A stretch of 64,000 nt of DNA from NCBI RefSeq assembly GCF_009914755.1, contig NC_060947.1. One strand, 5' to 3'. The position numbers and the translations under genes were made by a program. Shown here in pieces: positions 41,915-56,123 of the stretch (position 1 is its first letter; each line of letters opens with the position of its first letter). Under the pieces are notes generated by a model. It ran no database searches. It saw only the letters and a list, made by a program, of their open reading frames with translations, and had not been told where the DNA came from. The stretch is from the human T2T-CHM13v2.0 reference genome, Homo sapiens.

Positions 41915-42917
41915 TAAGGGCATGACAATCAAATTTTGTGGCTTGGAAATATCACAATCACATTGACAGAGTAGAGAATGGATTTGAGAGGAAGACTGGA
42001 GGTAGGGAGAGAAGTCAACAAACGGTTAAGTGAGAGATGAAGAGGGAGTGGCTTAATATCCCATGGCTGTGGAGATAGACGGATATGGAGGAGAGGGATT
42101 CAAAAGCTATTAAGGAGTTGCAATTTGCAGGACTTGGTAACTGACAAGATGTGGGTGCAAAAGAGGGAGGAGTTAAGGGTGATTTCCAGGTCTCCGACTT
42201 TGACCTCTACATCAATAGTGATGTGTAGCACAGCCACCAACTGAGATTATTTTCTACAAGAACCCCTTTTCTATCCCTCACACTACCTGGCAAGTGCCAG
42301 GCCCAGAGAAAGTGCTTAGTGAACGCAAAATGAAATGTGGCTAAAGGGAGTCAAGGCCCCCAAGACCCTTATCCCCAAATAAGCTTTCCCTTTATTATTT
42401 TGCACAGTGGCTGAAATTCCAGCTTTATGGACAATCTTTTTCCTGCATGTCTTATTCACTGCTGCAAGTTCTTGGAATTTAGTCTCCATGGTGGCTGTGG
42501 AAAGACTCTTTAGAAATTTTTTTTGAGATGAGATCTCACTATGTTGCCCAGGCTGGCCCCAGCCTCCCTAGTAGCTAGCACTACGGGTGTGCACCACCAC
42601 ACCCCCACCAAAAGATTTGTTTATGTTGAATAGAAAGTAGTAGACTTTCAAAATGTTTTATTTAACTAGTTTCTTTTTCTTTTTTTAGTGTAGTTATATG
42701 ACCACATTGGGAAACCCTTAGAAGAAATGTACGTTGGATACCTATCCCAGGATCAGACTGAATTATTTTCATTGTAGAATTGCAATTAGGGAAGGGAAAG
42801 GGGAAAAATGGGTTTCTCTGCTTTTCTTGGACTGCCTCATTCAGGATCCTGTGGTTGGATTGTCTTTTGGTTCTGTATCATTATGAAAGGTTCTGAAGCT
42901 TAGAAAGAAGCTAGGGC

Positions 42918-43211
<294 letters not shown>

Positions 43212-43469
43212 CTAGGGCATTTTTAATATTGGTTTAGTGCTTTCTCTGACCTGAAGCAAAAGTAAGCAAAGATATCAGGGTGATAATTCTCCCCGTTTTT
43301 GTTTTATCTGCTGTTTTCTACTCTTAAATTGTGATGCAAGCAATTCAGCTGTAGAAAAAAAATTAATCTCTCCAGATCCTTTAAGTTGCTTTTAACTTGT
43401 GTGGTTCAGTGGCCCTTTGGTTCAGTGGAAGACGGAAGGAAGGAAGGGAGGGAGGGGCAGACTAGCTGA

Positions 43470-43606
43470 GAGGGGAGCTTTTTGAAATCTTGACTCTCAG
43501 GCTGCATCCCAGATCAATTAAATCAGAATCTCTGGGGGTGTCACCCAGGTGGTAGTATTTAAATCTCCCCAGGTGATTTCAATGTGTGGCCAATGTTGAG
43601 AATTAT
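43470..43606. mobile_element. MER5A fragment
   Basis: AATCAGAATCTCTGGGG...CTCCCCAGGTGATT motif. Confidence 0.6.
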
Positions 43607-45083
43607 CACACCAATCAGATAAACCCCATGTGATCATAAATTTCAAGCCCCACATCAGAACATTAATAATAGCTATCATTTCTTGAGTGCCTACTCTGAC
43701 AGGCACTCTAATATATCTTGTCCTTTTTCTCTCAGGAAAAGCCTTAGTTGCATAAGTGGAATTCCTTTTCACATTTGAGAAACAGAGGAGGTAGGTAGCT
43801 TGTTCTACATCATATAGCTAAGTGTCTGCTTGACTCCAAAGTCCAGATTGTTTAGCTCAGCTGACTACCAAAATAGTGTGAGGGTTGATGGATTTTTGTG
43901 TTTTAGGTAGGAGACAATTGTGTATTTTAGGTAAAGCATCAAAAAGTTGAGAATTCATAAACATTTCAATGGTTTATGGGGAGAATAGGCAGCAAATCAA
44001 AATCAGAGATGTTTTTGATTCTGAGACATGTGTTAGCTATACACCTGCCATCTCCTGAACCTTTGAAGTTGGATTCAGAGAAGGAAGCTTAGAGTAAGAA
44101 TAGGTATTATCATCCCCATTTTCCAGCTGAGAAAACAGAGGCTTGGCAAGATTGTTACTTGCCCAAGATCAGACATCTAGTAAACCAATAGAGTAGATCT
44201 GTGTTACTCTATACCCATGGTCTTAATCACTATACCATACTGATTCCTGATGAGCACTGAAGAGTAGAAGGAAGTGGTATGATATATTGGATGGAAAGTT
44301 ATCCTAAGTTTGGAGTCTGGCAAGGAAAAAGGTACCAACTGCTGCCTAAAACTTTCTGCCATCTCCTTATTGAGTAAGATGTTTTCCTAGATGAATTGTC
44401 CTGGGGTGCACCATTAGACTATAGAATCTGGAATTTTCTTTGATTAAGTCATTGAACCATAATATCATCTGAAAAGTTTTTAATAATATGAATGTCAATG
44501 AAATCATGTATTAAAGAAAAATTTGCTCATAATTATATCATCCTGAAATATAAAGGTGCCTTCTTTTATGTATGCTCTGCTCTATCTGGTCCACATATTT
44601 ATGCTTATATTATGTTCACACTGGTATGATACCTGGGAATCATTTAAGGCCTTTTATCACCTGATACCATATTATAAAGATTGCCTTATGCTGCTACATA
44701 GTCTTTACATTGGTCATTTTTGTATTATTTCATTGAGCACTCGGGACATAATTTAGCTAATTGCCTATTTTGGTCGCATTTGGTTTGTTTTTAATTTTCT
44801 TTATATATATATAATTTTTATAAATCATAGTATTATCACCATTTTGCATGTAATTTTTTGAATATGGGGCCATTTCTTTAGGATAAATCCTTCCAAATGA
44901 GATGTTTTTCTCATTTATTTCTTTATTCACTTATTTATTGAGATGGGGCTCGCTATGTTGCCCAGGCTGCATTTGAATTCGTGGGCTCAAGCGATCTCCC
45001 GTCGCAGCCTCCTCAGCTGGGACCACAGGCACGTGCCAGTGCACCTGACTCCAAGATGGTTTTAGAGTTTAAATAAAGTTTAA

Positions 45084-45467
<384 letters not shown>

Positions 45468-45860
45468 CTATGGGTAGTGATAAGGGTTATTTACATTTTC
45501 TAAATTGAAGCAAGTTATAAGAAGTTTTTTTGTATCAGAAACTAGGCTTGGACCTCTTTTATTCTTTTTGAAATGGAGAAGTTAAGCTACTAATTTTGTT
45601 TTCTTGCTTTGGTTAGAGACCTGCAGAATTCAATCAGATGGATTCTCACACCCGTTTGCAGATGACTGCCTCTGGCCCTGTTGCTCATCCTGTTTGCTCA
45701 GCAAGAGAACCTGTTGGTTTTTATTTGATAAATGTACAAATCTTGAGAGTTGGGAGAATCAGTAGCCCACCTCAAAACTGACATGCTTTGTGTTTTTGAG
45801 AAAGCTACTTTCATTTGCTATGACGTCTGGCTAACAAAGATCTTTTTCATTTTGTTTCAG

Positions 45861-45928
45861 AGACAGTTGGATTTTTTTCCTGTTTCTGGTTAATTGCTAA
45901 AATCTACAGTGTGCTGAAGGTGGAGTAA
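45861..45928 (+). pseudogene. TM9SF5P: TM9SF5P terminal coding exon
   Basis: tttcag|AG ACA GTT GGA... gives ETVGFFSCFWLIAKIYSVLKVE*, retaining the TM9SF C-terminal KxD/E motif. Confidence 0.88.
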
Positions 45929-48379
45929 AGTATTTCCCCAAAGGATTCCAAGCACATCTCCCTTGCCCTTGAATATCTGTATATCTATATGAACATCAAT
46001 TGAGATATATATGTGTGTGCCCCTAATTACATAATTTTAAGCATATATATAAAAATGTAAAATCTCATTGTCTGGCCTCAGTTTGTATGACACAAAATAC
46101 TGATTGTATGGAAGAAAACAGATTGGGAAACAGATTTATTCTATATCATATTTTCCTGAAAAGCTACCTTAAAAAGATTTAAATTAAAGCAATTAGAGCA
46201 AGGGAGGCACATTTCTTTAAAAAATTAAAGTTGAGTACCATACTGGTTTTTCAGATGAAATTTTCTTTTCCTTTTTCTCCTTCATATTGCTCAGAGCATC
46301 TAATTCCATCAGAACTATTGTCAAATAAATTTTATGTAAAATGTGTATTTTTCTAATGGGAGTTGATTATACAAACTGTATTACACCTTTGTATCTGAGT
46401 GATCATTTAAAAATGCATATTGGTTTAGCACATAGAGTTTATGAAATGCCAGATAATGCTCTTATTCCTCAGTGAAATCTGCACATTTCTAGTTGTTGGT
46501 GGTCTATTTCTGTTTGCTGTTCCTTGGAGGGGGGCTGAGAATGTTCAAGTTTGACTTAGCTGTGTTTAAGTAATAAATCTTTGGAGTCAATTTTCTCGGG
46601 TTTATTTGCTTTGCCTAAACAATAGTCAGGTATCACATCTCCCAAAATGCTGGGAATTTGTATTGCAAGTATTCTACTAGCTTGTAGTTTTGGGAGAGCA
46701 GTCATGAAAATCATACATTTTCTACATCAAATTGTATTGATAAATATGGGTCTCATTTAGGAAAATGTTTGAAAAGTGTCTACACATACCCTTCAATTAA
46801 GGAATATTCTCAAAGCCATCCTTAAGCTGAGGAGTACTTGTTTGTGTGTGCAGGGATCAAAGGGTTTATGTTGCCCCTGGATGGGAGATTGGAATGAGGA
46901 GGGATAGGGTCAGAGAGTTGCATTCTGAAATAGAGTGAAAGGAGGAGAAGGAGTTGACTAGTTACCTCATGGAAGAAGAAAATAATTCACTAGCCAGTAA
47001 TGTGTCTGTATTGGAAGGGTCAGGGCTACGACTGGTGGCAAATGGGCCTGGGGCCTAGAGCAGCCTGGTGGGGGAGGGAGTGGCTAGAGAAGGCTACAGA
47101 AGGTTTCTTGACAGTGGAATTTTTCACCTCCTCTCAACTCTCTCCCAGTCAGTCTCATAACCTAGGGCTGAGCCCTTAGCCCTGCTTGACAGGAGAAACT
47201 GCGGTTATGAGGCCCATTGGAGCCAATTCTATTCTCCTCTAAATACTCTGAACTAAGTAGTGGTATATTGAGCTTCAGGGACCTCTTTTCCCACCAGGTT
47301 GGCTGCTTGATTGTTTTATCTGAGCTCCCAAGCCCACTTATTTGCATTGATGGTAGTAGTTTGCTAGAAAGGCACATTTATTTCTGCAGCTGGAAAATGT
47401 CATTGCCTAGATGGCGTTCATAGATTAAAGTGAAGGCAGCCACCTGCAGGTCTCATGGCAGCCATCTTTGAACATCCTGAAATAGTCAGCATTTAGCTTG
47501 ATTTTGGAGTGAAAAATGGAGAAGAGCACTTTACTTTGATTGCAATGGGGCTGAATAGCTCCCTGAGCCTCCCAGTGTGGGCCCACGAATACCGCTTTGG
47601 AGGCAGGAGGCATGCAGTTCCTCTGCTACCAATGAGTATCAGAAGAGGAGCTACTAGTAGGTCAAGTACTTCGACTCAATAGGAACTAGGGGCTCTTAGG
47701 TTTTAGACATATTTGCCTATCTCATCTGTGTACAGTAGTTTCACATGTAATGGTTGCAATAGAGGTATAACCATTTTCTGAAAGGAGGGCTTGAGGGAAC
47801 GTGCTCTTGCCCTCCTGTTCTATAAACCCTGGTGAGTTGGGGCTGAACCAAGGTGTGTGTGGAAACTAGGCCAGGCTGGGCTGAGTTGCGTGGAGGGAAG
47901 TGGCCTGGGCTAGAGTGGTAGGGCAGCAGGGGCTGGAGCCCAGTGGCGGTGACCTGGGTGCTAGGCAGTACTGTTTCCTAAAGACAAAGGCTACTCACTG
48001 TCCTCCCCCCATCCCTTGCCCCTAGACTTCATTGTCTTTAGAATAAAGTTGGGCATTTGAGAGTTCCACAAACCATCTGGCCCCAGATTTTCTCTCTGCC
48101 CACCCCCTCCCTCCTTTTGAAATCCTTTTCATTCATAGAAGACCAGGCTTATACTCTTCCAGCAAGCCCTTCCTGCTGACCCCTCTCCATCCCTTGCATA
48201 TTCCTTATATTAGAATACTGGAATATGAAATATTGGAGCCCATATATTTCATTCTACTTTGTAATGCAGTTAGTTGTTCATCCCCTGTCTCCTCCACTCA
48301 AGCAAAAGAGAAGGGATGGAGACCAAGGTATCTGTCTCCCTCACTGTTTCCTCAAGGATCTTGGCATAAAAACCAGATA

Positions 48380-51300
48380 CACACATAAAATTTGACTTTA
48401 TTTAGAATATTTAAGAGGAATATACCAAGGATAGAATAACAGCACCTATTTAAGAAACACAAACATCACTTAATAATACTTAGTTAAATCACAAACATCA
48501 ATTTCTCCGCATTTCCCAAGCAGGAGTCCGTTATTCCTTTCCAGCAAAAGAAAAAAAAAGGCATTGTAACCATTTTAGAAAGGATCCAATTAAAGCCAAC
48601 CAATATGTGAAACCTTGGCCTTGGGCAGAATCTCTGGGACTGCTGGCCCATGTAATAGTGTTGATTTATGAATTTGATTGGGGTGTGAGTGGGATTCTCT
48701 TCTTGTTGAGGGGAGGAAGATAAAGCCTACCTGTTTTGTGCACCTGAAGGTAAGTCGTGCCAATGGGAACTTGGCCTCAGGACTGTAGTTTGACAATCCT
48801 TTGAGAAGGCACTTTTCAATTACAAATTCTTACTGTTTTTAAAGAAAAATGAAACTTTTAAATTCAAACGTTAAAATATTAAAGAGAACTATTTATTGAT
48901 TAAATACATTTTTCTGTTTTCAGTTTCAAAGCAGCTCACAAAATTTGGTATTAAAGGCAGTTTTAAAAACAATTTAATGAGGGTATATATAGTTTTTTAG
49001 TTGTAATATTTTGTTCTGAAAATATAACAAAATCATCTTATAGTTTTCTTTTCTTGTCTGACACAAATTCCATTGATACAGTACTGTAACTATCAAACAC
49101 CGTAGCTGTGACCCCATAGAGGAGTCCCACTACCTCTCTATCTAGTTAGCCATCCATGCTGTCTCTATCTTGTCTCTCAGACAACCAACCAAAGGGGGAA
49201 AAACAGAGCAGCCTTTTTCTGGGTTTTGCTACTGCTTTAGGAGGGCATGGATGGTCACATTATGGATCTGCCAAGCGCGAAACCTGTCAGTTCACGGTCA
49301 GGTGTTGGTTGGGTCTTCAGGGTGCAGTATTCTTTTCGTCCTGCTAACTGGACTCTACTTGCCTATCCTGGAGTCCTTCCTTTTTAATGGAGAAGGATGG
49401 TCTTCTTTGAGTTTGCATTCTATATATTCAGTGAATAGAAAACAGGCACACCAGTGCCAAGTGTGTTGTGGAAAACTGTCAGCAAGGACTTCAGCCACGA
49501 TGATTAGTTCACACTAATGACCAATTGTACCAGAATAAGTCCTCACCTGTCATATATCATATTAGGGATTTAAGGAATGAAAGGCAACACTTCCTGCAAC
49601 CCCACCTTGGCACTATTTTACATATCCTGTAGTATATACTTCAAAAATAAATTTAAAAAACAAATGTACCATGTTCTACATCAGAAACTGACTAAGTTGT
49701 AGGTCACACATAGAATTTGGCATGCATTTTATTAACTAACTTTACAAGTACATACTACCTTTGAGGACAACACTATCTACAAACACAATCTAATATCTAG
49801 CACCGTATCTCCAAGAACACTTACATTTTATATACAGTTATAGTTTACATTTAGGAGAATTACTACAAAAAATACTACATCACTAAAGATGAAAATACCA
49901 AACTTTTAACATTAAAGTTGTAGCACAGATGAAGAGGGGGGAAAATCCACTCACGTTTGAAACATCAAACTAAAACCAATCTTGTTTTTCTCTACATTTT
50001 AGAACAAGACAGATAGAATAATTATTCCTCAGACATAGTAAACCTCCTGCTGAGTGTCTAAGTCACTGTGGTTTTCCCTTGGTGTGTGTACTCTGAGATA
50101 TGGAGGCTTTGGGAGGCAATGATGGAAACACTTGACACCTATTAGCAACCTTCGTTTACCTTGAGGATTCTTATTCTATTTACCAAAGAGCAGTGAACTT
50201 GTCAGTGACCTGGCAATCTGTGGCCAGGTTCAGTGGATTTTAGCTTCACTGTTTCTTCCTCTAGCCAGTTTTGTTGCTTAGGGCAAAAGACTGCTGTAAG
50301 CAAGCTGGGCATTTGACGTAGAGGAAGAGATCATTGCTAAGTAATTGGAAAGAATTTATGACAAGGATTTCTCTTCTTTTTGGATTTTAGACTATCGCAT
50401 TTGCTGTTTCCAGCTCATTGCTTCTGTCTCCTCATGCCTTAGCTTAGAGGGGCTTTGAGGGGCCGAGAGCACTAGTCCAGCCCATGGAAAGTAAGAGGAA
50501 GAGATAAGGAGGGAGAGGGTTAAAAGCCATTGAGTGGCCAGATTTTCTCTCCTTATCTTGGCCACTGGCTAACAGCTAACTGTTCCTGTAATCTTTTGTC
50601 TGGTCTAGAAGGAAACGGCATTTTGCTTAGAGAAACCTCTCCTGACAGCGTGAGGTCTTTCTTAAAGAGGAATACAACAGAAAAGACATTATGAGGGGAA
50701 AACACGTTATTTTTTTCCTCAAAATATTGGGCAGGGTGGTTATGAGAGAAAAATACAGTCCAGTAGTTTAAATTGTTGCTCATTGTTTTATCCCAACAAC
50801 CCATGAGAGTTTTATCTTGAGAGTCCAAATTACCAGATGATGCGTATTTTTTTTCTTCCAAATGATGTGTTTCAGACACTTTTAAAAGCTTTTTTGGCAA
50901 AGTCTAAGTAAGCCTAGTTTAATCATGTAAATTATTCTTCAGGTAGTATGAAAAAATCTTCTTGAAGTAACTTTACCTAGCTTAATTGGCTAATTATATA
51001 TAAAATAAGGCAATGTTAGGCATCTTATAATTCTGTAGGTGAAACATTTTTTAGTGTTCTATTTTTGCTGAAATAATTGGACAGTATCTACAGTATTGAC
51101 TATTCCCCCAATGATGTGTAATATCGAGTGCTTTTTTGGTAAAAAATTAGGTGCCTACCTTCTACTAAATAATAACTGGCACTTTTCCTTACCTGTTGAA
51201 TTTGAAGTAGGTATCCCGTCATCTCTAAATTGGATTGGAGTTGGGTAGGAGACAGAAAAATACCTTTCATTGCTCCTATGGCTCACTTCTCTCCTTCCCT

Positions 51301-54300
51301 GCTTCCATAGGCCCCCAGGTCCCTGTGAATCTGTCAGCTCTGGGTTGGGAAGGGATGGATGGGGAGTAGGTGAACACGCAGAGCTTCAAGCATGGACTAT
51401 TCCTGAAGGGCCAGTGCAGCAGAGGGAGAGGGAGTGAGGCAGGTGAAGGCAGTGGGCTGATGGCAAGAGGTAGGCAGGGAGCTGGAAGTGCAGAGGCCTT
51501 CCAAGCAGCTGGTACTTGTGGTGTCTCAGAGAAGTGGGACCCTAGCATCACAGAAGTCACAGAAGCCCAGGGCTTGCTCCTTATTACTGCCTTCCCAAGC
51601 TTGTGGAAATTGGTGTGTTAGTCAAAGCACCTGCGACTTCTTGGCAAACTAGATGCTCTATTATTCGTAAATAAGGAAAATCATTAAATTTAAAATCACA
51701 TCATTTCATAGTCTGGTTTGTCTGGCCCCTGTACTTTAATGGGATTTTTTTTTTTTTTTTTACTGCACATATGAAGTGGCCTTGGCAAAAGAATACATCC
51801 TTTAAAAACATTCAGGGAAAGCTATTGCACATGAGGATCTGTGAGGCTAATGATGACTTTTTTTGTGTGCTTTCAGATTTTCAAATGACAAAACAGTATG
51901 TGCAGTAAAACCTCATTAAGTTGATAGTGCTTTATTCAAAATAGCAAAAAATTTCGAGTACTTGCTATCTCCAAGCTAACCATAGGCCTTATTGTTCATT
52001 TAGAAGAAAATGTCATCAAAGCAGAATGCTCTTAATTAAAAGGTCCTCTTTTCCAGGCTCATAGTTTCAAAAGGTCTTCACTTTTGAGGAATCCAATTTA
52101 CCAAAATAATGGACAATGACTAAAATAGGGAAAAGAGGAACTTCAAAAAGGAAAGGGAATCTCAGTGCCCTTGAGAATGTTGTGTGTGCTGTTAAATGGA
52201 CTTACCATACTTGTACAGGTTCTGGTTCCATTTTGATTTGAGATTTTGGCAAACAATTTTCTCTGATACACTTTGAAGGGGGTGAGCTTTAAAAATAAAA
52301 CAAGAAGTTCAGTTTTAACACAATGTTTGGAGACATTTATGTTTGAAATCCTGTTTCCTACCCAAGTAAGCATTTCTACTCAAAGGATAGGCTATAGCTA
52401 CCTTGAACTCCTTTGACAATTTGAACAGACCTGAAGGCACTGCCCCTCCCCTGTAGGAGGATTGATCACATAGGCCATTTCTTCACCCAGATATCCTTTA
52501 AGGAAAGGTCAGTTCAAGAGTTTGGCAATAAATTGGTAGAACAAATTTATGACTGTTAATTCACTTTATGCATTTTGGTAGAAAAATAAATGATAGTGTA
52601 AGGGTAAACTTTAGCCCCCATGCCTTGTCTGAATAACTACAAGTTCCAAATTAATGGAGTTGGAATTAATAAGGTTATCATGGTATTTTTATTGGATGGG
52701 TCAGCTCTATATTATTTGGTTCTATTCCCTCTACTTTCCTAAATTCTGAACATGGCAATCCCAAATTCCCATGCAGAGTTATTCACAGTCCAAATACATT
52801 GCTGTTTACCCCTTGAGAAGTTCATGTTGAAATCTGTGAGGAGGAAGAGATAAAAAAAAATAAATGAGCTGGGCATTTATTTAAATGAAACTTGAGTTCT
52901 AATAAAGGCATGACAATCACACAAGAATGAGGCTAAACTCTGAAGATGGTCATCTTACATCATACAACTACCTGATTAACCATTTTCAACCAAACACTCC
53001 CTCCACCCATATTGACAGTGGATTTCTGCATGAACAGTTGGTTGACTCTGGAGTTGCTTTAACTTGTTCTGTAGGAGGATCAAAAACACTGGCTTGACTG
53101 TTTTTTTGGTTCCATGTTACTTGGTCACATACATACGGTCCATGCCCTCAGAAATGTATATGTATATCCCTGCCCAAAGTTATTTTGCGGTTTGGGATTT
53201 GAGGAATGTTCCTGTGAATTGACCCTAGGGATAATTTAGATATTGTTAAAGTTTTCCCAACGTGATTTATTTCAACAGCATTAATTAGGATATGTCTGAT
53301 CTGAATGCTCTGATTTTAGGACTGTTTGGAATAGGTTACATGTTTTCTAGGTATTGTGAAATCATCCTCTTTGTCATTTCTGACTCTCTGATATTTCTCT
53401 TTCACATCTGCAGAGAGCTTAAAAGCTTTAAAGAGAGCCACAGGTGGAAAAGACACATGGGTGTGCCTGGAGGAAGAAAAATGTTCATTCTGCCTTCCTT
53501 GCTCCCCATGTGGAGATCACATTTATTGTCTATGATCTCATGGACACAAAATATATTTCTGATGAACAAATTATTCCTCAGTGACATCATGAATTTTGTA
53601 GGACTTAGGCCACTTCTAGTTGAATTTCTTTTTTTCTGTAAATACTGTTTGACTAAAAAAGGCTTATTTGACAAAAACAAACCAAAAGAAAACAGAAGTG
53701 TTGGCAGAGATCTGAAGAATTCCCACCAGCATCTCAATTCAGTCACATAAGGGAAGTTGTAAAATAGTGGCATGATTTCTGCCCCACTATTATTCAAACA
53801 GGAGACAGAAAATATTTGTGTCAATTGACAATTTACACTTAATGACCTCAGTTCCAGCCCATGCATAAACCCAAGATTTTATAGGAAAAAAAGTCAACTG
53901 TTTAGCTCTCCAGATGTGTGTTATTTCTCAATCTTTTCCCTTGGACTAGCTTCCCATTTCATACATGTCCTTCTACTTTTCTGGATCCCTTTAGGGGATC
54001 TAGAAACCTTCTTGAGATTCTAACTGTAGGAGGCCCTTTGTTTTAGTTTGTGTAACAGTCTTTGCACCCGACTGTGGGGCTGTTCAGTTCAGAATTTGGC
54101 TCATATGTTGATCAGTCCATTAGGTTCTGTTTCTTGGGCTCCATGAATGATTTGGTCCATTGCCTTTCTTTCAGTTGAACACAAGCTGTAGCTCTGGCCC
54201 ATGAGCTCCCGACCCGAGGGCCGAAAAGTCCTTAAGTTCACAAGCATCATCTTCCCTTTCCTTCAGAGCTAAAGTTGGCATGTTGTAGCTCTGGAAAAGA

Positions 54301-54596
54301 TAGAATACCAACTACAAGTCCAAAATGGATAGCCCTTGTTGCTTTAAGAAATGTAGAGCCTAATAATCTTTGGGGGGAAAATTTCAGTCAGAATCCTCAA
54401 GTCCATGCTTTTACGGAAAGACCCCAGTTCCTGCCTCTTCTATATATTTATCTACCTTGTGGTGAAGAGCATGTGTGTGCAACACCTTTGCCTGAAATGG
54501 TATGGTTTGGCATTAATGAATTGTGGGTCCATTGAAAAGAAATCTCCTCTTGTTTCTCGTGTTATGGACAGTTCAAGGTTTGCCTTAGAACTAACT
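48380..54596 (-). other. GPR101: GPR101 long 3'UTR (~6.2 kb)
   Basis: Unique, repeat-poor, AU-rich sequence ending at AATAAA (48402-48397) followed by a GU-rich element. Length agrees with my recollection of a ~6 kb GPR101 3'UTR. Confidence 0.7.
48397..48402 (-). terminator. GPR101 distal polyadenylation signal
   Basis: AATAAA on the minus strand followed by TTTTATGTGTGTATCTGGTTTTT. Confidence 0.65.
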
Positions 54597-56123
54597 TCAA
54601 GGAAAAGTAGCAGAATCGTAGGAAGGGACAATCTTGCCTTCAGTCCCACCCTCTGTTCCGGGCAGGTCTGGGTGGCTATCTTCTTTCGGGGGCTTTTCCT
54701 TGCAGAAGAACTTCTTCAGCATGTCCTGGATTTCCTTCTTAATGGTCTTGTGCATGTAGCCATAGACATAGGGGTGGATGCAGCACTGCAGGAAGAAAAG
54801 CCAGATGATTATGGTGATCACCCACTGGGGTACCTGGGTTTCGACATCCACCCACACGGCCAGGACTGCTAAAAAGCAGTAGGGCCCCAGGGATAGCACA
54901 TAGGAGAAAATGATGATGAAGATCACTTTAGCAGCTTTGCACTGGTAGCACCTGGGCAGAGGAGGGTTGCTGTTGCTGTTACGACGACTGGGTGGGAGGC
55001 TCTCCGGGATGTTCACTGCCTCGACGTCATCCTCACTGAAATTGATGTCGTCTTCACCAAACTCCATGTCATCTTCACCCAAGTCAATGCTGCACTGGTT
55101 GACCTCTGTGCGACCCTTGTCTGCCTTCATGCTGTTCTCCTCAACTTTGGTGCTGCCTTCCTTACCCTCCATGCTGCCGTCGCTGGCCACCGTGCTGCTC
55201 TCTCTGACCTCCTCGCTGCCCCTGGCCTCTACACTACTCTCACTGGTCCCCGTGCTTCCTTCCTTGGCCTTCAGGCTGCCGTCCTTGGCTTCCATTCTGC
55301 CCTCCTTGGCCTTGACCTCACCTTCATGCTGGCGGCGAAACTCACTCTCATCCTGGAACTCCTCCTTCTTCTCTGCTCCCTCTTCATCCTCATTCTCCAC
55401 ACAGTCCTTGACTCGCACTTCCAAGCTGTGTCTCTTGACATTGTACAGCAGAGCATGCTGCCTCCGGGCTGCACAGAACACCACGGAGTAGCAGGCAATC
55501 ATGACAATCAGTGGAATGACGATGAAGGACACCACGCTGAGAATAGTGTAGCTGGGGCTGGCCCCCCAGATCATGGAGCAGAGAGCATTGCGCTCATCAA
55601 AGGCAGCCTGGCCCCAGCCGTAGAGTGGAGGAGTGCTCTGCAGGATGGCCACAATCCAGGTGCCATAGAGGAGCAGGTAACCGCGGCGCTGGGTCATCTT
55701 GGACGGGTAGGAGAGAGGGTGGATGATGGACAAGTAGCGATCCACTGACACCAAGACAATGGTGTTGACGCTGGCGAAGGCGAACAGGTGGGTGAGGCTA
55801 ACCAGGGCCGTGCAGAAGTGGCTGTTGAGGGGCCAGAAGAGAGGCACAGAGGTGGCCACCACCCAGGGGGCCACGAGCGAAATCTGCAGCAGGTCGGTGA
55901 CGAGGAGGTTAAAGATAAAACGGTTGGTCACCTGCAGCAGCTGCGGCTTGCGCTGCAACACTAGCGCCAGCACTATGTTGCCGACGAAAGAGGCGGCGAG
56001 GAAGATAACCAGCACGGTTGAGCGGATGATGCCGTGGGCCAGGCTGATGGGCATTTTGGAGAGGGGCATGCACGTGTGGCTGCTGTTACTCTCGCGCGTG
56101 CTGTTGGTGCAGGTGGACGTCAT
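54597..56123 (-). CDS. GPR101: GPR101 orphan class A GPCR, 508 aa, single coding exon
   Basis: ATG (CAT at 56121-56123, context GCCATGA) to TGA gives 1527 nt. Protein MTSTCTNSTRESNSSHTC...SYDSATFP has 7 hydrophobic segments, GN in TM1, DRY, a long acidic ICL3 and HPYVY in TM7. Confidence 0.98.
   Translation of the reverse strand: MTSTCTNSTRESNSSHTCMPLSKMPISLAHGIIRSTVLVIFLAASFVGNIVLALVLQRKPQLLQVTNRFIFNLLVTDLLQISLVAPWVVATSVPLFWPLNSHFCTALVSLTHLFAFASVNTIVLVSVDRYLSIIHPLSYPSKMTQRRGYLLLYGTWIVAILQSTPPLYGWGQAAFDERNALCSMIWGASPSYTILSVVSFIVIPLIVMIACYSVVFCAARRQHALLYNVKRHSLEVRVKDCVENEDEEGAEKKEEFQDESEFRRQHEGEVKAKEGRMEAKDGSLKAKEGSTGTSESSVEARGSEEVRESSTVASDGSMEGKEGSTKVEENSMKADKGRTEVNQCSIDLGEDDMEFGEDDINFSEDDVEAVNIPESLPPSRRNSNSNPPLPRCYQCKAAKVIFIIIFSYVLSLGPYCFLAVLAVWVDVETQVPQWVITIIIWLFFLQCCIHPYVYGYMHKTIKKEIQDMLKKFFCKEKPPKEDSHPDLPGTEGGTEGKIVPSYDSATFP

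Noticed and set aside
47403-47418. CTCF-like TGCCTAGATGGCG as the TAD-border site
   Set aside because: It lacks the conserved 5' CC; cannot be supported without a PWM scan or ChIP data.
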